Origin: Callorhinchus milii
Taxonomy: Eukaryota
Length of the DNA stretch: 64,000 nt
Assembly (NCBI RefSeq): GCF_018977255.1
Contig: NW_024704751.1
Coordinates: 8,680,001-8,744,000, forward strand
Direction of reading: 5' to 3'
Both the position numbers and the translations under genes were made by a program. Positions 14,201-24,000 of the stretch are shown here, piece by piece. Below the pieces are notes generated by a model. That model did not search any database and was not told the DNA's origin. It saw only the letters and a program-made list of their open reading frames with translations. Within the stretch, counting starts at the first letter, position 1. Each line of letters starts with the position of its first letter.

Positions 14201-15309
14201 GGCTTCCCCCCCCAACCCCCCCCAAACACCCTCAGCGGAGGTGCCCTCCAGCACCTCCTCACAGAGGGCTGTGCCATATATCACACCCCACTGTGTACAA
14301 CATACCACACAGTGTACAGCCTATATCCTATGGGTATCTGGTTGTTAGTCGATTGGCAGATCGCTTTCCAGGGGTAATAATCCCTCCCATTCCCCCCCCC
14401 CCCCCCAAAAAAAATGTGGTCACTCAATCTACAGTTGTTTGTGTGAGACGGCTGCGCACAATTGGCCCCGTTTCGCCCACACAATACAGTCACTACCCTT
14501 TGCAGCATATCCTGTGAAGCGATTTGAGACGTCTGAACAACATGATAAGCTGCTGTGTCCAATGTAAGGATTATTATCATTATTATTATATTTCTGCGCG
14601 CAAACCGGCTGCTGTTGTTTCACCTATAAAAAATACAGTCACTCCACTCTTCTCCAATTCCTGTGAAGCGTTTGAGGCAACTTGATGACGCGATAAGGCG
14701 CGATACGAAATGTAAGGATTATTATTATTTTGTTATTATTATTATTAATGAGTTCCTTTCCCTGCCCACCGCCCCCCCCCACCCCCGTCTACTCCCAGCC
14801 TGAAGGCCGTGCTGTCGGAGACGGTGGGGAAGGAGTCGGTGGACCTGTCTGGCATCTTCCTGGGGGGTAGGGAGGTGGAGAGGTTTTTGATGTATCTGGA
14901 GCAGCAGGGAGGGCACATGGCTAGCATTGAACTCTGCTTCACCGAGCTGACAGACCAGGGCTTCCTCCAGCTACTGCCTTCCCTCAGCCGCCTGCCTCAT
15001 CTCAGCCACCTCTCCCTCAACGGCAACCGGTTAACCCGGGCCGTGCTGCGGCCACTCACCGACACCCTCAAGCACCCGCACGCCTTCCCCAGCCTGGCCT
15101 GGATCGACCTGGGCAATAACGTGGACATCTTCTCCCTCCCCCAGCCCTTCCTCGTCAGCCTCCGCAAGCGCAGCCCCAAACAGGGCTCCCTGCCCACCAT
15201 CCCCGAGACCGGAGAGGGACTGGCCGGGGAGAGAGAGAGCCTGGCTGGGGAGCCTGAGGTTGGTAATGGTGAGGAGACTGAGGCTAATGCTGTGTCAAAC
15301 CAGACCTGA
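3594..15309 (+). CDS. lrrc75a: Leucine-rich repeat-containing protein 75A, 337 aa, 4 coding exons: 3594-3854, 10192-10320, 12491-12603, 14799-15309
   Basis: All introns GT-AG, phases 0/0/2, total 1014 nt. Translation MGTKQTK...PPYQRRVSMVQE...LRQ|DLGMESTSLDDVLYRYASFRNLVDPITHDLIISLARHIHCPRP|EGDAVGATEKVCRQLTYHLSPHS...C|LKAVL...LNGNRLTRAVLR...WIDLGNNVDIFSLPQPFLVSLRKRSPKQG matches the LRRC75 family; the termini resemble paralog A. Confidence 0.93.
3860..4062. repeat. (CACT/CACA)n microsatellite at the start of lrrc75a intron 1
   Basis: Direct inspection. Confidence 0.85.
4065..4400 (-). mobile_element. Unidentified coding-derived interspersed repeat, copy 1
   Basis: 4170-4370 is the reverse-complement homolog of 15890-16100 (shared CAGCCTGGCTCATCGGCAGxACCTGGAAGGGCAGACCAGTCA). 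Confidence 0.55.
5095..5430 (+). mobile_element. DeuSINE-type SINE (Deu domain plus L2-like tail)
   Basis: CGTTAAGCCAAGGTCCTGTC...CAGGTGGATATTAAAGATCACACGGCACTATT, then the tail AAGCGCTTT...AAATGCAAGGATTATT. Confidence 0.7.
8161..8475 (+). mobile_element. DeuSINE/SacSINE-like SINE with tRNA-like head
   Basis: A box TGGCTCAGTGG, B box GGTTCAAGCC, Deu domain GATGAGATGTTAAACCGAGGTCCTGTCTGCCTGTTCAGGTGGA. Confidence 0.75.
12040..12260 (-). mobile_element. L2-type LINE 3' end fragment (similar fragments near 6070, 26670, 40015, 47420, 54660, 57350)
   Basis: Antisense translation includes FKSLLKTFLFD, typical of the L2 ORF2 end; tail CAACAACAACTCGCATTTATA. Confidence 0.65.
13231..13700. repeat. 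Composite minisatellite: 43-nt subunits then three 108-110-nt units with an internal inverted repeat
   Basis: ACAGTGTGATATGTGTGGACTGG at 13361, 13471 and 13579; stem CAGTGTGATAT/ATATCACACTG. Confidence 0.9.
14330..14745 (+). mobile_element. Two tandem 5'-truncated copies of the abundant tRNA-derived SINE
   Basis: Body GTTGTTAGTCGATTGGCAGATCGC and two tails ending AAGGATTATTA. Confidence 0.75.
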
Positions 15310-15719
15310 AGGGGGGCGACACTATAGGGGGCGTTGGAGCGAAACAACTGAATGCGTGAGGCGTGGCTTTCCCGTGCAGGACGTGGCTTTCCCGAATGGG
15401 GCAGGGCTTTCTCCTGTGGGGTGGGGCGGAGCGAGTGCCCCACCGCCAAACAACAACGATAAGGAGCAAATTGCATTTACACAGCACATTTCACGTCTTG
15501 AGGACGTCCCAAGGTGCTGGGCAGTTAAGGGTTTGCACCCGAGCTGGGGGTTGTGATCAAGAGGAGAGTCGGTGGCAGACAAGGCTGGTGGGAGGAGAGT
15601 TTGGGTGGTGGAGAGTTGGCGGTGGGGGAGGGGGTCGGCATGTTCTCACCCCCCAACCCCGCTGGATCGACTTCTTGTCACTGTTAAATCATGGATTGAT
15701 TCTTTGTATTTCTTTTGTT

Positions 15720-15725
15720 AATAAA
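15720..15725 (+). terminator. Polyadenylation signal of lrrc75a
   Basis: AATAAA about 410 nt after the stop codon, in a U-rich context. Confidence 0.6.
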
Positions 15726-15828
15726 ATATTATTTGAATCAATTTCCAATTAGTTGCTCTTTGGGGGGGGATGGGGGGGCGCAGTGTTTTGGGCACTCTTG
15801 GATAATCATCCTATAGTGAGAGAGAGAG

Positions 15829-16297
15829 AACACGTTGGGGGTAACTGCTGGATTCTAACCGGGTAAAACCCGCACAGCTTGCCATTGATATCGCTGTCTG
15901 GCGAGCTTTCCAGCGACTTGTCGAACTAGGACAACCCTTCCCGTCGGGGCTTTGGCCGGCAGGGATAACAGGAGCCGAGTGGGATGACTCCTCGCCCCAA
16001 TGACTGGTCTGCCCTTCCAGGTTCTGCCGATGAGCCAGGCTGGGCGGTGCTGTCGTCGGCGGTGACCTGGAACTCTGCGGACCTGCCTGGCTCAGGAATA
16101 TACTGGGAACGTTAGAAACCATAAACCGCAAAGGGTAAAAATCTTGGATGACGTCTTCGGTGCGGACGGTGCGGAAGCTCAAAAGCACCACCTTCTGGAT
16201 GTTTGGTATCACAGTTGAAAGCCACATATGCTACCCTCAGTAGTTTGGTTTGGGGACCCTCGGTGATGGGTTCCTGCATGCGTCACACTCCCGGACA
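15829..16297 (+). mobile_element. Unidentified coding-derived interspersed repeat, copy 2, with a TSD-like flank
   Basis: Homologous to copy 1; flanked by CTATAGTGAGAGAGAGAG (15811) and CTATAGAGAGAGAGAGAG (16298). Confidence 0.55.
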
Positions 16298-17049
16298 CTA
16301 TAGAGAGAGAGAGAGAGAGCGAGAAGGCCACCGAGTGAGGAGTTTGGCTGCCAGCGTACTGACACAGCACAACAACAACAACAACAACAACAGCAGCAGC
16401 AAAGTGCATTTATACAGAGGCTTTCACTTCAGGAGGGCGTCCCAAGGCACCGGGCACACAGAGTACTGACACAGGGCACACCGTCAGCAACATGGATATT
16501 GGAAATAGTTTTTTTTATTATTAATTTCTATCAATATAATGTATATAACATACTATTATTATTTACCATTGCCTGTTTGGAGCACCCTCTCTGTGCCAAA
16601 ACCTAAAAGAAAAACTTACAACAACAACAACAACAACAAAATTACATTTTTAGGGACGTTTCACGCCTAAAAAAAAATGTGATTGATTTCAAGGAATTAT
16701 ATTCGCCGGCAAAGTGCACAGTCACTACACTTCGCAGTATATCCTGTGAAGGCGCTCTTGAGACGTCTCAACCACGCGATATCAAATCCAGGGATTGCTA
16801 TTATTCTTAGAACTGAAAAAAAATGCAGAATTAAAAAAAAAAGCCCTTTACAGTTTATTTTCTGGGGGAAAAAGAGAGAAAAAAAAATATATATATATAT
16901 ATATGTGTACAATCTGAACCTGTGGCTGTCAGGGACTGAGGTTGGCCGCGGACCTCCGGGTGGCGCTGTGGGTGTGACCGCGGCGGACGGAGGAGTCGGG
17001 GGAGGGAGGTGCTCTCTTGCGCCAACCCCCCGCAGCTCGTTGGTAGCCT

Positions 17050-17110
17050 TTCGACCGTTATTTTCCGTGACGTCAGCCAATGAGCGGCGGCGGTTGGAAA
17101 TTTGAATTTG
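17050..17110 (+). promoter_or_regulatory. spag5 G2/M-type core promoter (MYB sites, CRE, CCAAT box, CHR)
   Basis: CpG-rich segment with CCGTTA (MYB, reverse), TGACGTCA 17068-17075, CCAAT 17077-17081, CGGTTG (MYB, reverse) and TTTGAA 17101-17106, about 1 kb upstream of the first coding exon of a mitotic gene. Confidence 0.75.
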
Positions 17111-18080
17111 AGGGCAGGAAAAAAAACGGCGGAGACTCGAGACCCGCGAATAAGAGAGAGAGAGAGAGACCGACACCGGCGGTAAGAGAGAGAGAGACAC
17201 CGGGGATAACAGCGAGAGAGACACCGGGGATAAGAGAGAGAGAGAGACACCGACCCTGACACCGGGGGTAAAGAGAGACCGACCGACCACCGGGCCTGCG
17301 ACCCTGCGACCCGCACTGCCCTGACACCGGGGCGGGGGGGAAGGTAAGAAGCACCCGGTCCGGTTACCGGGGGAGAAGGAGAGAGAGAGACCCCGGGCCC
17401 TGAGTGGGGGGGGTGTTGGGTGTTGGGTGTGTGGACGAGACGTTATAACCCCAGGTCGGGTCTGTCTGGTCAGGGCCCGGTGGCTGTGGAAGACCTTCAA
17501 CGACGACAACACCGACGACAACAACTTGCACCAATATAGCGCCCTCCACAAGGGGAAGGCAGTTCCTCTCCCCCAGTTCGCCTGTGGCCAACCGTCTCCC
17601 CCCTCCACCCACCCTCCACCCCCTCAATAAACGTGGGCACTCACTCCGTGGCTGTCGGTCAGACACTGCTGTGGGCGAACTTGACAGCTGTTGTTTTTTC
17701 CCCCCCCCCCGTCTGACAATACACAGTCACTCCACTTGACTGTGCAGTAAATTATTATCATTATCATTATTATTATTCTTATTCTTATTGCCGCCGCGAA
17801 GTGCTTTGCGATCTCCGGATGACGTGTTAAGGTGTTGTAATATCAAATGCAAGGATTATTGTTATTGTTATTATTATTATTGATCGTCATCATCATCATC
17901 ATCAGAGACCAGGCCCTGGGGATAAAGAGAGCCTGGGGTGAGGGGAGCGAGAGCTCCGGCTGTGTTCAGTCCCGGGGTGGGGGCGGGGGGGAGACCCAGC
18001 TGATTGCCCACCTGGTTTTATTATTATTATTATAATTAACGCGCGGCGTTTCCCGCCCCTCTCGTCAGGTGAAGGCGAAG

Positions 18081-21000
18081 ATGATTCAAAGGCGATCTGT
18101 CAAGGCCTCTTCCTCGGAGAACGAGGGGCCACAACAATTTCACACTGTGAGTCCCGTCTTCATTTCTGTTCTGAACTGAAATCCATTTCGTTTGATCAGT
18201 GTCAGTCTGTCCGTCTGTCCGTCCGTCCGTCCCGGCCACTCTGCTCCTATTAGGTTTGGTAGAAAGTAAGTGATCCGTTTTGTCCACTTTGCTTTCTTCT
18301 CCCATGTTCCCTACAGGCGCTTTCTTTATGTTGCAGGACAGCACCCCAGGACCCTCCCCCACACAGCTAATCTTCTTTTGTAATAAGACAAAATAATAAC
18401 CGATTGTGGTAGAGACATGATTTATACCTCATCTGAAAGGTCTTGCAATGGGGGAACGTCACGGGCATATTTCTTTCCTCGGGAATCTCCTATCGATGAG
18501 CTATATTAAAAAAAATGCTTTAATTAAGCCCCCTCAAAAAAGTTGTGCATGGTATTCTGCATCAAAGTAATGACAGAGGTCACACACCCTTCCAGAGGGA
18601 TACATCTTCTATAATAATAAAGACAAAATTGATCTTGCTTGGGGGAGTGTCATGGGCATATTCTTTTTCGGGGATCTTCTATTGTGACCTAAACAAGCTC
18701 ATCACACCTGTATGGACTCCAACCATGAGACTTCCCAAAAGGACATGTGTGCAAATATGGGAATAAGGGATACTCACAAGTTCTTAATCTTAAGTCATAA
18801 GGATGCCTAAGAAGCGAAGATCAAGCCTTTCAAGGAGAAATAAAAATGCCACACGAAAGAGAGAAGGCCGATTAAATGAAACTGGCTGCAAGTGTAGCTG
18901 CAAAGGGTACAGCTAGTGTTTTATATGTGAGCCGAGACAGTGAGTGTGGCAGGCTGTTCATTCTAAAATGGGAGCCATCCGAACTCTCCTTGCACAACAA
19001 GAATCGACAATGAGCGTTTTCCTTTCTTCTTAACCTACAGACACTTCATTATTCCTTTCCCTACTATCAGTCTCTGCTGAGAGAGGGCTTATCTCAGGTT
19101 GACGATTGAATTTGGTCAGTCGGGGTTTATTACCATCAAGGGCTATGGGGGCAATTGGAGTTGAGGTACAGATTAGCCATGATCTTATAGAATGGCGGAA
19201 CGTGTTTGAGAGACTGAGCGGCCTGCTCCTGTTCGTATATTCTCCCCGTTTGAGAGTGTTGCCTAAGCCACGTGTTCATGCTCATTCCGTTATTTCTTGT
19301 GCAGCCAACCAAGATGTCCGATCCCCGGCAGCCGCTGCGGGACATGTTGCTCCAGAACAGTGTCCAGCGGGGGCTGAAGAAGTTGGATGTGGACCGGCTT
19401 TCCATGAATGTGAATGTCACAGGTCTAACGCCGATGCTCAACAAACTTCACTTACAGGTGAGGGAGGGGAAAGAAGGCCTCAGAAGTCCAGTGACCCCTC
19501 TAAACGAACCCCCACGTGCGATGTGTGTTATGTTCTTTCATTGGATCCCTTGCACTTGTGGTCAGTTCAACTATTCAATTATTTCTTTCATGTGAAGGAA
19601 ATCACTTGAAGCGTGTCACAGAACAGGATTCATTAGAAATACAGCGAATGTTGTTATGGAAGCCAATGTTAATGACAGCAGCAGCATCCCAACAACAACC
19701 ATGTGGCAATAAGTCATTGTGCTTAATGTAGGAGGTCATGAGAGGTCATGATCTGGGAACCGTCTTCACAATTGTTTTTCCTTCTCCCTTCCAGAGCGAG
19801 ATTCCAAGCTCCCCAACCCTTGTTTATGAAGATGTCTTTGGAGAAGAGCTGCTCAAAAGTGCTGCTCGGGCAAGAGGGCTGACTCCACTTGTGGCTCGTG
19901 GAGTCCTTAAATCCCGGGCTCCTGTGAGACCCATAAGGCCAGAGACTCCATCACTAATCCGAGAATCTCTGAACAACTCCTCTGTGCCATCTGTGTGTGC
20001 ACCATCTGCCGATACTGGCAACGCTGTTCAGCCAGAAGATTCAATGCTGGAGACTGAAGTGGAAGTTGAGACTGTCCCTGGACAGGATAAACTGGACAAG
20101 CGAGATAGACTCCCAGTGATGTTCAAGTCTCCAAGTCCCTGTGTGGCTGTGGCTATTCCTGCTAGCCCACAGCCTGACCGACGGATGGACACACCTCAGC
20201 AGCCTTGTCCTGAGGCTCTTGCTGATGTATGTTCAGGCTCCGTTCCTCAAATGGACACCAACCGAGATGAGGATCAACTTGTGAAAACCCAAACGGCAGC
20301 AGTTTCCTTCCCCCAGCCAGTGGTCGAAAGTCTTGAAAACCTAAACGGGGCGGTCACTGCCAACTCTGCCGTGAAGTCCCCAGAAGTGCACGTGAGTCCT
20401 ATACCCAGGATGGATATGGAGAGGGAGACTTTCTCTACAAAGGCGGTCGAGAGGCCTGAAAGTTCCCCTGGAATCTCGGAGGCTTTAGGCTGTACATTGG
20501 TTACAAGCCCCAGTCCCAGTGTGGAAGTCCAGCGAGGCATTGGAGAGAATTGTGACATGAACATTAGCATTGAGACATTGCCAGTGCTGCGCAGTCCATC
20601 ATTCTCCGTTGAGACAGAGGCTGGAGAGGTGGCTCTGAGCCCACAGCCCAGGGTGGACATTGAAAGCAGCACAAGCACCCCAATCCTGAGCCCTCGGGTT
20701 GTGGAAATACTGTGTGCATTTCAGACTGTGCCAGAGGCGATCCACAACCTCATTCCTGGACCTCAGATAGAGGAGGAGGGAAGACCTGATGTGGAGGTGG
20801 GCACGAGCCCTCTCCCTGGGCCGGGTATGGAGATGACTAACCTGGTAGATGATGTCAGTGAGGTGGTGACTAGCCCAGTAACTGATGCCAGTGAAGAGGT
20901 GACTAACGTGTTAGATGATGTGATTGAGGAGGTGATTAACCTGGTAACTGACGCTATTGAGGAGATGACTAGCCCAGAAGCTGATGCCAGTGAGGTGACC

Positions 21001-24000
21001 AACCAGCTAGATTATAGTGAGGAGGTGACGATCCCGGTAACTGGCATTAGTGTTGAAAATACAGACTGCTTCTCTGAGCCAGGTGAGGAGCTCACTGGCC
21101 TTCTGCCTGGGTCCAGTGATGAGGAGGTCACTAGGCAACTTCCTGAAGCCAATGCTAAGAAGGACGTGAGCTTTTTACCCGATACAGGTGTGGAGGTGGG
21201 CACGAGCCCTCTCACTGGGCCGGGTATGGAGATGACTAACCTGGTAGATGATGTCAGTGAGGAGGTGACTAGCCCAGTAACTGATGCCAGTGAAGAGGTG
21301 ACTAACGTGTTAGATGATGTGATTGAGGAGGTGATTAACCTGGTAACTGACGCCATTGAGGAGATGACTAGCCCAGTAGCTGATGCCAGTGAGGAGGTGA
21401 CCAACCAGCTAGATTATAGTGAGGAGGTGACGATCCCGGTAACTGGCATTAGTGTTGAAAATACAGACGGCTTCTCTGAGCCAGGTGAGGAGCTCACTGG
21501 CCTTCTGCCTGGGACCAGTGTTGAGGAGGTCACTAGGGAACTTCCTGAGGCCAATGCTAAGAAGGATGTGAGCTTTTTACCCGATACAGGTGTGGAGGTG
21601 GGCACGAGCCCTATGCAACCTATGCCAACTTGTGCCCTGATGTGCATGGTCCACACCAAGGGCTTCCATACGCCTACCCCAATGGACGCCATGGCTGGTT
21701 GGAGACTGTTGGGAACAGAAGTCATCCGTAATCGCGTCTGCATTCGGGAAGTGAGCACGGCCATCACCCCCATTGGAACACAGTGTGCAGAGAGCAGCAT
21801 GACCCCGCTGAGCCTTGCCGACAAGAGCATCAACACCTCACTGCAGGAGGAGGTCAGGCAAAGCCAAGTGGTGGACAGTGCCACGCTCACAGACTCGCTC
21901 CTGTGGAAGTAAGCAAGAGGCTTCTGGTGTATGTTAGAGCTTGGAGGAGCTTTGCTGGGAGATTTGGGAGTTCAAGCGCGCTGGTTGGAACTCGGTAAAC
22001 GTGTAGAACTAGTCCCAATCCTGCCCTCATCCAATATTAATAATAATAATAAATAATAATCCTTGCATTTGATAAAGAGTCTTATCACGTCTTCGCAATT
22101 GCGCTCAACGGTGTCCCCACAAATAGTCATGGACTGAGTGACCAAATTACTATTACACTTCATACACTTTACAATGAAATCCTGTGAAGTATGCTTTGAG
22201 ACGTCCCAATGATATGATCAGCAAGTATTATTGTGCTGACACTTTACCCTGCTTGTATTTTCATAGTGTCTACAATTTTGAAATGTCACAATAATCACTA
22301 TGTAGTGACTGTGTATAGGGGCAAATTGCTTCATATAATGTGGACTGTTGTGTTCCCTTCCTTTCTCGTCCACAGTATTTCCCGCAAAGATCTGGACTCG
22401 GTTCCTCGGGAGGTATTGGAGCGCCGCTTGGAGACTGCGCTGCTCATGAATGATGTGCTGTGCAGCCAGCTGAACGACCTGGCCAAGAGCAAGGGAGTGG
22501 GTCTTCATGTCGGGCCTGCTGATCTGAGGGAGATTTTCACCCAGACTGACAGCACACAGGCCCCAGAGGTACACAAAACCTATTGATTCAGAACGTGCTG
22601 GGGTTGAGCTTGTGCCATGGTGTGCGTGTCTCGCTCTCTTTCTCTCTCACACACTCACTCGCTCTCTAGCTACTTGGTAAAATGTTTTGGTTTTCGGCTG
22701 CTAAAATTATTGATCTGTTTTTTTAAAAAAATATAAAAGTTGACCGAGCTGCTGGGAAACCACTCAGTGTCACTAGAGGGCATTACGTTCCCTATAATCA
22801 GACTCTGCTCCTTCAGTCCTTGTACAAATGCAGTTAGCAATACCACAAGATGGTGCCAGTTCCCACCGACGAAGGGAGATAAATGGAAGCTGTCTTGATT
22901 TTGTGCCAAGCAGGTTGAACAGCAGTACCGTGATCTCTATCTCCGCACACTCGGGCGCATGCAGGACCTGGAGATGAGCCTGGAACAGTATCAGCAGCTT
23001 CAGAACTTCATCTGCCAGAATCGCGAGGAACAAGTGAGTCTGCACATAGCTGCGTAAACACAATCAAGATAATTACTGTATTGAGAAAAGTAACTGCAGC
23101 GCAGGTTGTGGGGCTGGGTCTGCTTTCTAGACTTTCAGCGTGGGGGAGTGAGTGAGGCTCGTGTTATCCAACTGAGAAATTAGTTGCTTTTCTTCCACAG
23201 AATCGGGCAGTGCAAGAGGTTGAGGAAACCTCTGGGTACATGGCCAGTGCTTATGAGGAAGTGAAGAAGGAACGAGTCAAATTGAGGCAGCAGGTGAGGT
23301 CACATGGTGAAGTTAAATGGGTCTTTGTTTTTGCTGTGGTTTTCCTGGCTTTCTGGTACGATAATCACTGCTTCGAAACGCTCAAAAACGGTTTCCCAGG
23401 GAATTACTGTCAATACAATCTTCGTAGGTGTAGGCAAACACAGCAGCCAGTGTACTGGTTGGTCTCAGAATCAGAAGCTGTGGGTTTGATCACCAAAACT
23501 GGTGTTGCTAATATTCCTTCCTTATCCAAATTCACCAAAAACATAAATTAGTTACTCTTCTCATTTATGTGTATGGGTGGGACATTGTTGGTGCAGAACA
23601 GTTGCTGTGTTGCAACCATAACTACATTTTTGGTAAGTGCTCCTGAGATGCTTTGTGGGGGTCGGGTGCTATATCCAACGCTCGTGTTAATTTACTGATG
23701 TTTTTTGCCTTTTTGTTGTAGACCCAGGAGATGAAGCAGTTGCTGAAGAGCAGCACGGAGGTCCTGTACACCATGAGGGAACGCACTCGCTGTGCCTTCC
23801 AAGAGCATGCTCAGATGAAGCGGAACATGGAGAATGCACTGACAGAGAAGGAAGCAGTGAGTGAAAATCAGGCTGTACATGAGAATCTTCCTGCTGCCTC
23901 TGCTCCTCTATCACCCCAAAAATACACAGTCACTACACTTTACACTGAAGTGCTTTGAGAGGTCTCGACGAATTGATGAGGCACTATGTCAAATGCAAGG

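Noticed and set aside
12600-17000. snoRNAs (SNORD49/SNORD65) hosted antisense to LRRC75A in human
   Set aside because: I saw no convincing box C/D pair with matching guide sequence by eye; an Rfam cmscan would be needed to exclude them.
20763-21890. Minus-strand Ser/Thr-rich mucin-like ORFs
   Set aside because: Antisense shadows of the spag5 acidic repeat.
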